IMG/VR virus record: IMGVR_UViG_3300042296_001032
Direction: 5' to 3' (one strand)
Length of the DNA stretch: 64,000 nucleotides
Origin: a virus
Taxonomy: Duplodnaviria; Heunggongvirae; Uroviricota; Caudoviricetes
The notes beneath the pieces are model-generated. The model worked only from the letters and a program-made list of their open reading frames with translations. It did not search any database and had not been told where the DNA came from. Below, one piece after another: positions 48,868 to 58,658 of this stretch. Positions within the stretch are counted from its first letter, which is position 1; every line of letters begins with the position of its first letter. The translations under genes were made by a program, and so were the position numbers.

Positions 48868-49272
48868 TTAAACTGTGATAGTTACAAAATCTACTTTATT
48901 TAATGCCCCTTCTGTTACAATATAATCTATCCTTACTACCGCGGAATGGTCTCCCTTACCATTGTATTCACTACTATCGGGTCTATCTACAGTTAATGTT
49001 GTTATTGTTAAATTTGGTATGTATTTACTAACTGCGTTTTGAACTTCGTTCCTAATGTCATCTCTAACTTGATTGTCGTTTGGTTCAAATAGAAATTGTT
49101 TTAGATTTGTACCAAAGTCGGGTAGATATAATCTATCCCCTGGTGTTGTTAATAAAAGATGTAATAAATCAGATTTAATAGCATCATAACTATTCTTATT
49201 CATTTTAAGAAAATAGTTTTTCGTATCGTCATCCCTAAATGGGAATGCTATGTTTATAAACCTTTCTGCCAT
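48868..49272 (-). CDS. Baseplate wedge subunit, T4 gp25 / P2 gpW-like
   Basis: IAFPF, LLLTTPGDRLYLPDFGTNLKQFLFEP; ATATTTAT at 49285-49292. Confidence 0.88.
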   Translation of the reverse strand: MAERFINIAFPFRDDDTKNYFLKMNKNSYDAIKSDLLHLLLTTPGDRLYLPDFGTNLKQFLFEPNDNQVRDDIRNEVQNAVSKYIPNLTITTLTVDRPDSSEYNGKGDHSAVVRIDYIVTEGALNKVDFVTITV

Positions 49273-49340
49273 TTCTTTTTATTTATAAATATTCAATTAT
49301 ACAATTTATACCATAAATATGAAATGTAAATTTTAAGCAT

Positions 49341-49365
49341 AAAAAACCCCTCGTGTGAGGGGTTT
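49341..49365 (-). terminator. Rho-independent terminator after the RNR gene
   Basis: AAACCCCTC-gtgt-GAGGGGTTT with an A6 run. Confidence 0.8.
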
Positions 49366-49411
49366 AATTTTTAACCATTACTTTTTATGATGTTATATAA
49401 AGTTATGAATA

Positions 49412-51274
49412 TTACTTCACTTCACATCCTGCTCCACCACTACAAGCCAACTCACCACTAAGGTCAGTATTATCAGAAAGTTCTACTACTTTAGATAAAT
49501 CTATGTTAGATAGAGATTTCATCATTCTATGGTAAGTTTCCTCATCACAATCTTCAAAAGGAGCTTGTTGGTAGGTACCTCCATTATAAGGTAAAACTGA
49601 CAATCCGTTATAGAATTTACGATTAGTCCACATCCATTCACCTGCCAAATCCCAATCTTCATCCTTCAATGAAATTGTTGCTGAAACGTTATGTGTATTT
49701 TGTCCTGTTCTATGTCCAGGTTTAATCCATTCTTGTGATACTTTTTTAACTCTTTCCAAAAGTTCAAAAGGTGACTCATGTCTAAGGATTGAGCCTAGTG
49801 GTGATTTTTGTGGTACAGAAATAACTGCTGTATCGTGTGGTCTAAATACTTCGTCCTCAACTAGTTCAGGGTGGTAGATAGAAAGGTATGTGTAAATAGC
49901 CTCATTTTTACCAACTCTAACTCTTCTAACATAATAATCGTTATGCCAAGCGTGAATACCTGAAGAAGTTCCAAGTGTTAATGATGTTGTACCAGCTGGT
50001 TTAACAGTTGTTGTTCTTGCTGCAGGATTAATATTAATTAAATTAGCTACTCTTTCATTTTCAGCGTTAACCATTTCAGCAGCTTCAGTCATATTATAAC
50101 CCAATACAACACCTGAACCAATTCCTGTCATTGATACCCCGATTAAGGCGTCTTTCTCGGTAGTTCGTTTCCATACATCTCTTAGGTAATGAAAATCTGT
50201 GTAACCAGCTTGTAACGTACCAATAAATGCTGCCGCTTTAACTCTCTCATTCAAGTCTTCTTGTGATTCAATGTTTGATACGTTAACCTCACAAAGATTA
50301 CAGAACTGATAAGGTCTAAGAGCAATTTCACAACAAGGGTTAGTTCCCCAATCTTTGTCGTAAGAAAAATAAATTCCAGGTTCACCAGCTCCAGATAACT
50401 CGACTCTTTTCCACAAATCCATAAAGAATTCTTTAGTGATTTTGTTTCTTAATAGAACTGCTGAGTTATTAGCTCTACCTCTTTGTGGATTAAGTTCCCA
50501 CCAAGGTCCTGATTTACACGAAATCATTTCATCATCGTCAGCTGAAAATAATGAGATAAGTGCTGCTCTTCTGATACCACCAGCTAATACTGCGTCAGCA
50601 ATGTGACATACAATATCATGTGTTTCTAGTGTTGTTAGTTTTTCTCTATCTACCTTAGCATCCAACACTTTTTTAATATTGTGAACACAATCTTTAAGTG
50701 GTTGTGGACCTGGTGCTTTACCACCTGATGTAACCAATAAAGCTCCTTTTGGTCTGATGTCTGAGAAATCAAAGATAGGTGTTGATGAATTAACCCCAAA
50801 ATAAGATTTCATCAAAACTTTGATTGCGTCAGCCCATCCTTCAATTGAATCACTAACTACATATCGTCTAGTTCTGTTTGGGTCTGGTTTTCTAATTTCA
50901 GGTAACTTATCAACGTGGTGTTTTTGTACTGAATAACCTACACCTGTACCCCCTAACAATAAGAACATTGTTTCTGGAAATGCATCAATGTGGTCAATCG
51001 GTAAGAAAGCACAGTTATAAACTCTGTTTGGTGAGATTTCAATTGGTCTCCCCCCAAACTGTAATGAACGCATGGATGGTAAAACTTTACGGTCATAAAC
51101 CATTTTATAAACGGTTTCAATTTCTTCTTTTAAATGAGAATATTTTTTTTGGTGCATTTCTTTGTTTCTTGTCACCAACTCTTCCCAAGTTTCTCTTCTT
51201 TGTTTTTCTGGTAAATACTTAGCGTATTTCATGTAGACAGTAATGTCTGATAGAATCTGATTTGATAATTCCAT
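49412..51274 (-). CDS. nrdJ: Class II (adenosylcobalamin-dependent) monomeric ribonucleotide reductase
   Basis: NCAF, GGTGVGY, GGIRRAALISL, TNPCCEI, TTVKPAGT, C-terminal CxxxxxC; no small subunit or activase gene nearby. Confidence 0.85.
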   Translation of the reverse strand: MELSNQILSDITVYMKYAKYLPEKQRRETWEELVTRNKEMHQKKYSHLKEEIETVYKMVYDRKVLPSMRSLQFGGRPIEISPNRVYNCAFLPIDHIDAFPETMFLLLGGTGVGYSVQKHHVDKLPEIRKPDPNRTRRYVVSDSIEGWADAIKVLMKSYFGVNSSTPIFDFSDIRPKGALLVTSGGKAPGPQPLKDCVHNIKKVLDAKVDREKLTTLETHDIVCHIADAVLAGGIRRAALISLFSADDDEMISCKSGPWWELNPQRGRANNSAVLLRNKITKEFFMDLWKRVELSGAGEPGIYFSYDKDWGTNPCCEIALRPYQFCNLCEVNVSNIESQEDLNERVKAAAFIGTLQAGYTDFHYLRDVWKRTTEKDALIGVSMTGIGSGVVLGYNMTEAAEMVNAENERVANLININPAARTTTVKPAGTTSLTLGTSSGIHAWHNDYYVRRVRVGKNEAIYTYLSIYHPELVEDEVFRPHDTAVISVPQKSPLGSILRHESPFELLERVKKVSQEWIKPGHRTGQNTHNVSATISLKDEDWDLAGEWMWTNRKFYNGLSVLPYNGGTYQQAPFEDCDEETYHRMMKSLSNIDLSKVVELSDNTDLSGELACSGGAGCEVK

Positions 51275-51303
51275 TTTTTAAATTTTTTATAAACTTTTAA
51301 TTA

Positions 51304-52719
51304 TTAATTAATACTTTCTTCAGTATCTTTTTGTTTTTTTCTGAGTTTTGCCATCTTCAATCTTTCACGAACATTCTCATCTTTTCTTTCCTCAACCTTT
51401 CTCTCATAACCTAAGAAAGTGTCTGAAGTTTCTGTATCAATGAATACTCGACCATTATCAAACGTACAATCCTCAAAGATAACACCATCTTTACCGAATC
51501 TAGATTTTAAAACCGCTATCGTTGCTCTATTGTTTTCTTTTTGTGTTAGAGTTCTTGCGATAGACATTATAAAGTGACCAATCTGAGCCTTTTTAATTGA
51601 CCCACCCATTTGGTCCCCTGTTACTACATCAGCTGAGATTGACGCCCTGTTACCTTGAACCGCTGTCCATCCCACCATACCATATTCAGCTAACATGGAT
51701 TCAAAACCTCTCATGACGTTACCCTCACCTGACCATTCATCGTTATATCTTCTTGCCGATTCAACACAGTCAATGTAATCTAATACAATCATGTCAGGTT
51801 TAAACCCAACTGAAATTAAATGTCTTACGTAGGTTTTAAGGTGATTAACCGTAACTCCTTCAGACGAAAACTTTCGAATAACTAAATCGTTTTCTTTACC
51901 ATTTGTTCTTTCTTTAATTACTTCCATGACTCTTTCTTCTTCGTCAGATAGAGAGTTAAGTTCTATCCCACTCCAACAAGCGGCATGTTTTCTTTTGATA
52001 ACATCAGGTATGTCTTCAAAAACAATTTGTAAAACATTATACCCCACATTATATGCGGTATTTGCTATTTTGGTTAGAATTGTTGTTTTACCAACACCAT
52101 AAGGTGCTAGAATAACCCCTAATTCTCCCCGTGATAAACCACCGTCAGTTAATTCGTCGATACCACTTATTCCCGTAGGAACTGGATGTCTAAAATCCTC
52201 TTGTAACACTGTATCCCAACCTTCGGTAATTGATGTCCCATCATCTTTTTCAGCTCCGATGGAAAGAGCTTCTTTCATTATATCTGCACACTCTTCATAC
52301 TTATCAAAATCACCGTCATCAATAATTTTTGATATCTTATCGTTGGCTTTTTTAAGTTCTTGTTGTCTACAGAAATTTAAGGCTTTATCCTGAACAAATT
52401 CCCAATCCTCAACACCTAGATTTCTTATTTCTTTTGTGATTTCAAACACATAATCTTGGGTTATCTTATCCTTAATTTCTACTTTTAGAATAGTTTCTAA
52501 TGTATCCCAAGCAGGAACTTTTTCAAATCTTTCAAAATAATCTTTTATTGTGGCAATAATCAACCTGAAATACTCATTATCAAAATATTTCGCGTGAACA
52601 ATATCGATAATTCTATCTGAGAATTTTTTATTTGCTGGATGTAGAATTTGATTAATAAACTCTGTTTGAAACTTATATCCTAAATAACCTAATGTAACTT
52701 CTTTACTCATACCCAACAT
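51304..52719 (-). CDS. Replicative helicase, DnaB/T4 gp41-like
   Basis: GELGVILAPYGVGKTT, IVLDYID, WTAVQGNR, KSRFG. Confidence 0.9.
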   Translation of the reverse strand: MLGMSKEVTLGYLGYKFQTEFINQILHPANKKFSDRIIDIVHAKYFDNEYFRLIIATIKDYFERFEKVPAWDTLETILKVEIKDKITQDYVFEITKEIRNLGVEDWEFVQDKALNFCRQQELKKANDKISKIIDDGDFDKYEECADIMKEALSIGAEKDDGTSITEGWDTVLQEDFRHPVPTGISGIDELTDGGLSRGELGVILAPYGVGKTTILTKIANTAYNVGYNVLQIVFEDIPDVIKRKHAACWSGIELNSLSDEEERVMEVIKERTNGKENDLVIRKFSSEGVTVNHLKTYVRHLISVGFKPDMIVLDYIDCVESARRYNDEWSGEGNVMRGFESMLAEYGMVGWTAVQGNRASISADVVTGDQMGGSIKKAQIGHFIMSIARTLTQKENNRATIAVLKSRFGKDGVIFEDCTFDNGRVFIDTETSDTFLGYERKVEERKDENVRERLKMAKLRKKQKDTEESIN

Positions 52720-52739
52720 TTATAATAATAAGTATATAT

Positions 52740-53177
52740 TTACAGTGCAATTCCACTATATTCCACACTAAAATTTTCTAAAGAAAATACTTCTTGTATT
52801 TCTTTGATTAAGGCAGGAATAATTTTACGAACATCCACAGAGTATCTTACACGTTGTGGATAAACGTTACCAGAGAACCTCTTTTTAACCACACATTTCT
52901 CATCAATCTTAATTTCAAAATCAAAAATGTCTTCATTATCATAAATGTTTTCAACTAGGATTTCTTCTTTGGTTTGTTCTTTGTAAGGGTTGTAATTTTT
53001 GTACAAGTATTCATAGGTTTTTTCTTTGAGGTCGTCCTCAATAAGTTTTACACAATCATTTACACAATCAGTTAATTCTAAAGAATTTAAAATTTTGTTA
53101 TTAAAATTTTTGATTGCGAAAAATCTTTGACAGATAATGTTCCCATTAATGTACAATACAAATTCAAATTTTTTCAT
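52740..53177 (-). CDS. Hypothetical protein
   Basis: 145-aa ORF; ATGA overlap with the upstream gene. Confidence 0.55.
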   Translation of the reverse strand: MKKFEFVLYINGNIICQRFFAIKNFNNKILNSLELTDCVNDCVKLIEDDLKEKTYEYLYKNYNPYKEQTKEEILVENIYDNEDIFDFEIKIDEKCVVKKRFSGNVYPQRVRYSVDVRKIIPALIKEIQEVFSLENFSVEYSGIAL

Positions 53178-54202
53178 TTTTTTTGGTTTTTAAAGTTTAA
53201 CTTTTCTTTTTTTAATAAATTAATAAATGGTTCCATGAAATTTAGGTAACCGTTTTCACCTCCAGGTATTACATACATTACTCCGTCTTCTATCATCATT
53301 TTTAAAACGTTTTTGTAATCTCTACCTTCGGGGTCTAATGGTAATTCTACTAAATTTCTAATTGATTCTCTAGCCTCTTCAGGTAATAAAGGGTTATTTA
53401 AATCAATTATTTTTTTATTTATTTCATAGAATGGTCCTTTATGGACTCCTCTAGATACACCGTTTAAGATGTTATCTAATGCTTTTAGTGGTGTCGTTCT
53501 TTCTTCTTGTATAAGTTTACTTGATTCGAATATTTCTTCTAATGTTACGTTACGTTCTTTTAGTTGTGGGAAGTGTGTTAAGAGTGTATTTTCAGTTACA
53601 CCATCAATACCCTTAACGTTATCACTTTTACATCCCTCAATCATCTTTATTAACCCAGCATTTGAATAATGGTGTTCAAAGAACCATTGGTAATTACCTA
53701 TACCAACCTCCATTCTTTTATCTGCTAAGAATATTGTAACGTTTTCATTAATCAATTGGCAAAGGTCTCTATCATTAGTGTAAATCATAACCTCCTCCAT
53801 CTTCTTTCTGTTTTGGCAATAGAAAGCTATTAAATCATCTGATTCAACATCGGGATGTTCATATTGTCTAATGAAAAGGTCCTCAGCGTATTGTTTAACT
53901 CTGAGTTTTTGGATTTCGTAATCTTGGTCAAAAAATCTAGGTCTGTTTTCTTTGTATTCAGGATAATAATCTAAACGCAAAGTACCACCTCTTTCACCGT
54001 CCCAAGTGATTACAGCTTTATCAATCTTATGTTCAGAGATTAATTTTCGTAAAGTACTATAAAAAGCAGATATACCACCAATGTGTTTGTCTTTATGGTA
54101 AACGTTCTTAGCTCCGTTATAAGAACGTTTCATAAGAACGTTACCATCGACAATTAGTGTTTTTGTTTTTTTAGGTTTACTCTTAGGAGTTCGTAGACCC
54201 AT
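53174..54202 (-). CDS. 5'-3' exonuclease / T4 RNase H-like (FEN family)
   Basis: LIVDGN, WDG, YKENR, ESDDLIA, NDRDL, SDNVKGI. Confidence 0.88.
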   Translation of the reverse strand: MGLRTPKSKPKKTKTLIVDGNVLMKRSYNGAKNVYHKDKHIGGISAFYSTLRKLISEHKIDKAVITWDGERGGTLRLDYYPEYKENRPRFFDQDYEIQKLRVKQYAEDLFIRQYEHPDVESDDLIAFYCQNRKKMEEVMIYTNDRDLCQLINENVTIFLADKRMEVGIGNYQWFFEHHYSNAGLIKMIEGCKSDNVKGIDGVTENTLLTHFPQLKERNVTLEEIFESSKLIQEERTTPLKALDNILNGVSRGVHKGPFYEINKKIIDLNNPLLPEEARESIRNLVELPLDPEGRDYKNVLKMMIEDGVMYVIPGGENGYLNFMEPFINLLKKEKLNFKNQKK

Positions 54203-54431
54203 CTTCCGAGAATTTAAAAGGTCCTACAATATTTCTTCTATTTAATTCATCTTCGGATTCTTCAAGAACACCTACCTCAAATAATAATTTTTTTTGCATA
54301 TCAGTAATTGTTTCCCCATGTAGTAATTTTTCAACTCCACTTTGGATTGTCCAAAAACAAGTCATTTGGTCACCTGATGATGTCAAAGCTTGTTCGTTAA
54401 GTACTTTCAATACATTATAATTAATTTTCAT
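54183..54431 (-). CDS. Small hypothetical protein
   Basis: Fills the gap between the recA-like and exonuclease genes. Confidence 0.45.
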   Translation of the reverse strand: MKINYNVLKVLNEQALTSSGDQMTCFWTIQSGVEKLLHGETITDMQKKLLFEVGVLEESEDELNRRNIVGPFKFSEDGSTNS

Positions 54432-54443
54432 CTTTGGTATTCT

Positions 54444-55502
54444 TTAAATAAGTCCGTCAATTTCTTCGTTTTCAAAATCGTTTTCAGATTCTTCAATAGC
54501 AAAATCCAAATCGTTTTCATCAACTTCTCCAAGTCCACTTTTAATAAACATGCTAATCCAATAATCAGCGTGTTCATCTTTGTAGTCTTTTTCTGCCTCT
54601 TTAGTATCCTCAATAAAATCATGAGGTGTTACAATTACTTTACCATCCTGATACCCAATTCCATTAACGTGATTTTTAAGGATTGAAATTTTGGAACGAG
54701 TTCCGTAATTAATACTTCTACCGTTTTTAGTAGCTTTCAATTTGTTTGTTCCAGCATTTTTTTGACTACCGAACAAGAAAATTAGAGTACTGTTAAGATA
54801 AATAGCTTCACCACCTTTCATTTTAATTCTTGGTTGACCCATTGGTGAATCAGGTAACTCTACCCAAGGCTGGTTAACAATGACTAAAGTGTTAGTATGC
54901 ATACTAGTTTCTTTTCTAGAACCCGTAATTCTACCATTAAGACCCATACCGATTTTATCAGCTAATACTGAAGCGTTATGCATCTTACCACCCTTACCGT
55001 CAAAAGTCATCTTACATGGAATAGAACCAACTGAATCCCAAAAGAAACAAATGTCTAATGGTTTACCATCTTTTTCCCATTTCTCTTTAGCTTGAGCTTC
55101 AAGAATTTCATTCATGTAATCAGTAATTTGTTCGATATATTCAAAGTCATCTTTAAAAATAAAGAACCCACCCCAATCACCTGGTGCAGTCTCAGTACAA
55201 TCAAACCCCATCAATTGGGCGTGTTTAAAACTCCATTTCTTTTCAGTGATAATAAAGATTGGTAAAATTCCGTTCTTCTGACACCAAATGGCACTCTTAA
55301 TGAGTGCCGTGGTCTTACCTGTATCAGAATGTCCTAAGAATACATTTAAGTGTCCAATAGCGGGACCAGGAACTCCTGTCGCTTGTTGGAACACTTTACC
55401 TAAATCGATAAAAGTATCGGGTTTATATTTGGTTTTCGATGAGAATCTATCTGAAATAGAATCCAAAGAAAACTCTTTTTTTGATATTGTTTTCTTAGCC
55501 AT
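54444..55502 (-). CDS. RecA/UvsX-like recombinase
   Basis: GHSDTGKTT Walker A, FFWDSVG Walker B, IVNQ, GGEAIY..S, KNH. Confidence 0.8.
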   Translation of the reverse strand: MAKKTISKKEFSLDSISDRFSSKTKYKPDTFIDLGKVFQQATGVPGPAIGHLNVFLGHSDTGKTTALIKSAIWCQKNGILPIFIITEKKWSFKHAQLMGFDCTETAPGDWGGFFIFKDDFEYIEQITDYMNEILEAQAKEKWEKDGKPLDICFFWDSVGSIPCKMTFDGKGGKMHNASVLADKIGMGLNGRITGSRKETSMHTNTLVIVNQPWVELPDSPMGQPRIKMKGGEAIYLNSTLIFLFGSQKNAGTNKLKATKNGRSINYGTRSKISILKNHVNGIGYQDGKVIVTPHDFIEDTKEAEKDYKDEHADYWISMFIKSGLGEVDENDLDFAIEESENDFENEEIDGLI

Positions 55503-55512
55503 GTAAATTTAA

Positions 55513-56397
55513 TTAAAACGGTTCTTCTTCATCGTAATCATCATCTTTAGCTGATGATGTTTTTGCTTTTTGTACTGGTGCTGATGGTTGTGTCTTGAAA
55601 GAAGATTCAGTTTCACTGTCATCACCTTTAGCGATAAACTTCTCAAGATTTTTATCCCACATAGGTGTTTCACCATCTGCAATAAGTTGTACATAATCCA
55701 ATGGTTGAGCTTTATAAATCTCTTTCCATGTCAATGTATCACCCATCCATTCTTTAGCGTTTGGAGATTTGGGGTCAGTCAATACTGATGGGTCCTCTGA
55801 CATAATAGAAGTAATCTTAGCATAACCTTTATTATCTTTACCGATAATAATAGTTAAATCTCTACCTTCTCTAGGGTCAGTAATATCACCTTTCTTAGTG
55901 AAAAGAGGGATGATTTTATCTAAGGCACCTTCACCTTTGTAGTTGTGTGGGAATCTCCAAAATTTAATCCCATCTTTTTCGTTAGCTCTATCAATGATTC
56001 TAGCTAAATAGAATTTTTTAGCTGAATACTGAGTTGCCAACTCTTTGTCTGTTTTGTTACCAGTTTCTTTCCATGATTTAAACAAATCATCAGAAACATC
56101 ACAAAGTGGACATTGTTCTCCGTCGTTGTGTTTTCTACAGTAGATTTTTCTCCACTTACCACCGACTTTAACACTGTGCCAATGCCCTTCATCAAAAGGA
56201 GTATCACCGTCTTTATTAACGGGATGAACACCATTCTTAGGTGGCATAATTCTGATAGTAGACTCTCCACTATCATGTCCGTCTTCAAGTCTAACAGCAA
56301 AATATTTACTGAAGTCTTGTTCGTATGAAGTACTCCCTCCACTGTTTCCAGTTTTGTTTTTTTCATACTGTTTCGCAATTGCGTCTAGTACACCCAT
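55513..56397 (-). CDS. Single-stranded DNA-binding protein, T4 gp32-like
   Basis: TIRIMP, H...C..H...CPLC zinc site, DITDPREGRDL, acidic tail. Confidence 0.8.
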   Translation of the reverse strand: MGVLDAIAKQYEKNKTGNSGGSTSYEQDFSKYFAVRLEDGHDSGESTIRIMPPKNGVHPVNKDGDTPFDEGHWHSVKVGGKWRKIYCRKHNDGEQCPLCDVSDDLFKSWKETGNKTDKELATQYSAKKFYLARIIDRANEKDGIKFWRFPHNYKGEGALDKIIPLFTKKGDITDPREGRDLTIIIGKDNKGYAKITSIMSEDPSVLTDPKSPNAKEWMGDTLTWKEIYKAQPLDYVQLIADGETPMWDKNLEKFIAKGDDSETESSFKTQPSAPVQKAKTSSAKDDDYDEEEPF

Positions 56398-56470
56398 GTT
56401 ACTTTTTTTTTAGTTAATTAATAAATTATGTTATGTGTTAATTATAGGTAAAACATTACCATTAGTAAAC

Positions 56471-56497
56471 AAAAAAGAGGTCTTTTAAACCTCTTTT
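56471..56497 (-). terminator. Rho-independent terminator
   Basis: AAAAGAGGT...ACCTCTTTT inverted repeat with an A run. Confidence 0.7.
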
Positions 56498-56521
56498 ATT
56501 TTATTACTTTTTTTTATTTTA

Positions 56522-57466
56522 TTACTTTTTTTTAAAATTTTTCAAAACCTCATCTCTAGTAATTTCTTTACGAGACAGTGATTTTATAACTTCTTCTTTA
56601 TCTTCTTTTGATAAATTCCTGAAAATTGATTCAATTTTACTTTTAGCAATATTTTGTTCTTCTTCACCTTCTTTTAAAACTCTTTTTTTTCGATTGTAAG
56701 ATTCAGGTACAAAAGAATTTTTAACATTCACATCATCAAAATCGTCAATATCTTCTGGTGTTAATTTATATTCAACTTCTTTACCATTAACATTTGATTC
56801 ACCACCAGAAATATCATAATGTTTATTTTGTGCCGCCTTTTCTGACCAATAGTCAGTAAGTTTCAAATTAAATGGATAACTATCTAATGAACGAAGTTCT
56901 AACTTTTCTTCAGGAGTTTTAATATCTTGTTCCAATTTAGAAATTTTAGAAGCTATTGTGTCCATCTTCATTATTTGTGACTCAAGATTAGATAGTTTAT
57001 CAGTTAAAGATTGTAAGAACTGACCATTCTCTTGTCCAACAGTTAAAGCTTGTCTAGCAAATTCTGTTGCTTCGTCAGATTTTTTGATGATGTCTGTAAC
57101 ATCTACTTCTTCAACATCAGAATCTTCATCTTCTAATTCATCAACAGCACTAAATTCATCTGCGGTACCAAACTCATCAGTTTCTTCTTCAGGTTCTTCA
57201 GTTGGTTCTTCCGTACCAAAATCATCAGTCCCTTCGGTATCTTCAGGATTGCCTTCATCACCAAAATCAAAATCAGTGTTTTCTTCTTCAGTACCAGCAT
57301 CTTCTTCAGTATCAGTACCTTCTTCATCGTCATCAGCATAATCACCATATTCATTTATAGAATATGTGTGTCTTCTAACTTCATTTAATTCGTTACCCTT
57401 AGACGGGTTGTAACCAAAAAGTTTTTTAAACCTTTCTAAGTCTTCGTTGATTTTAGTTTTTGCCAT
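56522..57466 (-). CDS. Acidic low-complexity hypothetical protein
   Basis: INEDLERFKKLFGY start, Asp/Glu-rich core, coiled coil. Confidence 0.6.
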   Translation of the reverse strand: MAKTKINEDLERFKKLFGYNPSKGNELNEVRRHTYSINEYGDYADDDEEGTDTEEDAGTEEENTDFDFGDEGNPEDTEGTDDFGTEEPTEEPEEETDEFGTADEFSAVDELEDEDSDVEEVDVTDIIKKSDEATEFARQALTVGQENGQFLQSLTDKLSNLESQIMKMDTIASKISKLEQDIKTPEEKLELRSLDSYPFNLKLTDYWSEKAAQNKHYDISGGESNVNGKEVEYKLTPEDIDDFDDVNVKNSFVPESYNRKKRVLKEGEEEQNIAKSKIESIFRNLSKEDKEEVIKSLSRKEITRDEVLKNFKKK

Positions 57467-57469
57467 TTC

Positions 57470-57658
57470 TTAATATCTTGTATATTCACTAAGTAATTGT
57501 CTTCCATCATTAGTGATAATTTTTTTCTGTTCTCTTTGAACTATTTCTTGTGGGTCTTTAATTAAACATTCCTCACCGTCACAATCATTATCATTATTCT
57601 TTAGGAAGTTATTCAGTTTATCCTGAAGTTGTTTTTCTTTTTTTCTATTATCTTCCAT
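57470..57658 (-). CDS. Small hypothetical protein
   Basis: ORF track; ATATTTAT at 57673-57680. Confidence 0.5.
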   Translation of the reverse strand: MEDNRKKEKQLQDKLNNFLKNNDNDCDGEECLIKDPQEIVQREQKKIITNDGRQLLSEYTRY

Positions 57659-57684
57659 AACCCTTTTTTCTTATAAATATGCTC

Positions 57685-58089
57685 TTATTCAGTAATCTTC
57701 TTCTTTAGTTGTAAAATATCTAATTCATTATTTTTAATTAAAATAATAGAGTTTTCGTATTTTGACCATTCTAAATTATATTCAGAATAGTTTACATTGC
57801 CGGAATTTAGGTTGAATTCTTTTTCGATTAATTTATTTAGAGCATTTATGGTAAAAAATGTTGTACCTTTTTTATGTATTTGTATTGTCTTAGGTAATTC
57901 TTTTCTAATGTCTATTTTTTGGTCGAATTCTAAAAATATTTTATAAGTTAATAATAAATCTTCTGTGTCTGTTTCAAAAACAAAAACTGAATTTTTTTTA
58001 ACACCAAAGGATTTGTATATTTTATATAGGAATTTATCTAGAGATGACGAATTAATAAATGTCGCGACTAATAATATCTTCTTTTGCAT
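57685..58089 (-). CDS. Hypothetical protein
   Basis: 134-aa ORF. Confidence 0.55.
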   Translation of the reverse strand: MQKKILLVATFINSSSLDKFLYKIYKSFGVKKNSVFVFETDTEDLLLTYKIFLEFDQKIDIRKELPKTIQIHKKGTTFFTINALNKLIEKEFNLNSGNVNYSEYNLEWSKYENSIILIKNNELDILQLKKKITE

Positions 58090-58618
58090 TTAAGTACGGG
58101 ATATATTTTATATCGATTTTACCTAAATTTTTAGGTAATTCTTCGTATTTTTTTAATGTTATTAATTCTGTAATTTTATCCTTTAAATCCCAAGAAATAA
58201 AAGACAAAAGACCCATATCTATGTGATGAATTGTTTTACCACAATAAATATAAAGTCTATTCGAATATAAATATCCGTCACATCCCGCAACGTTCTCTTT
58301 TACATAATTTAAATAATCCTTTTCCGTATTAAAATCTAATGGATTTAAATTATTTATTTTGATTTTACTAGTCATATTTTCTAGTGAATCTTCTAAAAAA
58401 GTTTTTAAATGTTCTTCAAAAATTTTTCTCTTTTCTCTAGGTGAAAAAGTCCAGTAAGTAGTATCATTAATTATATGATTTAAAATAGAAGCACCCTTAG
58501 ATTTAGCTAAATCCCAACCAACAATTATCTCAATCAAACCATTATCAAAAGACATGATATCGTTCATATATGGTTTAACCAAATCTATATCGTCTGTTGT
58601 AATTTTAATGATGTTCAT
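58052..58618 (-). CDS. Hypothetical protein
   Basis: 188-aa ORF. Confidence 0.5.
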   Translation of the reverse strand: MNIIKITTDDIDLVKPYMNDIMSFDNGLIEIIVGWDLAKSKGASILNHIINDTTYWTFSPREKRKIFEEHLKTFLEDSLENMTSKIKINNLNPLDFNTEKDYLNYVKENVAGCDGYLYSNRLYIYCGKTIHHIDMGLLSFISWDLKDKITELITLKKYEELPKNLGKIDIKYIPYLNAKEDIISRDIY

Positions 58619-58658
58619 AAAACAATTATACCAAAAAAATAACTAAGAATAAACTATT

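Noticed and set aside
49412-55502. Inteins, introns or homing endonucleases in RNR, helicase or recombinase
   Set aside because: Lengths are ordinary and I saw no splice-junction or LAGLIDADG/HNH motifs.
56494-56533. Short tandem duplication (tttattttattactttttt) around a stop codon; similar ttttattatta runs near 9565-9595
   Set aside because: Low-complexity slippage in AT-rich spacers with no sign of function.
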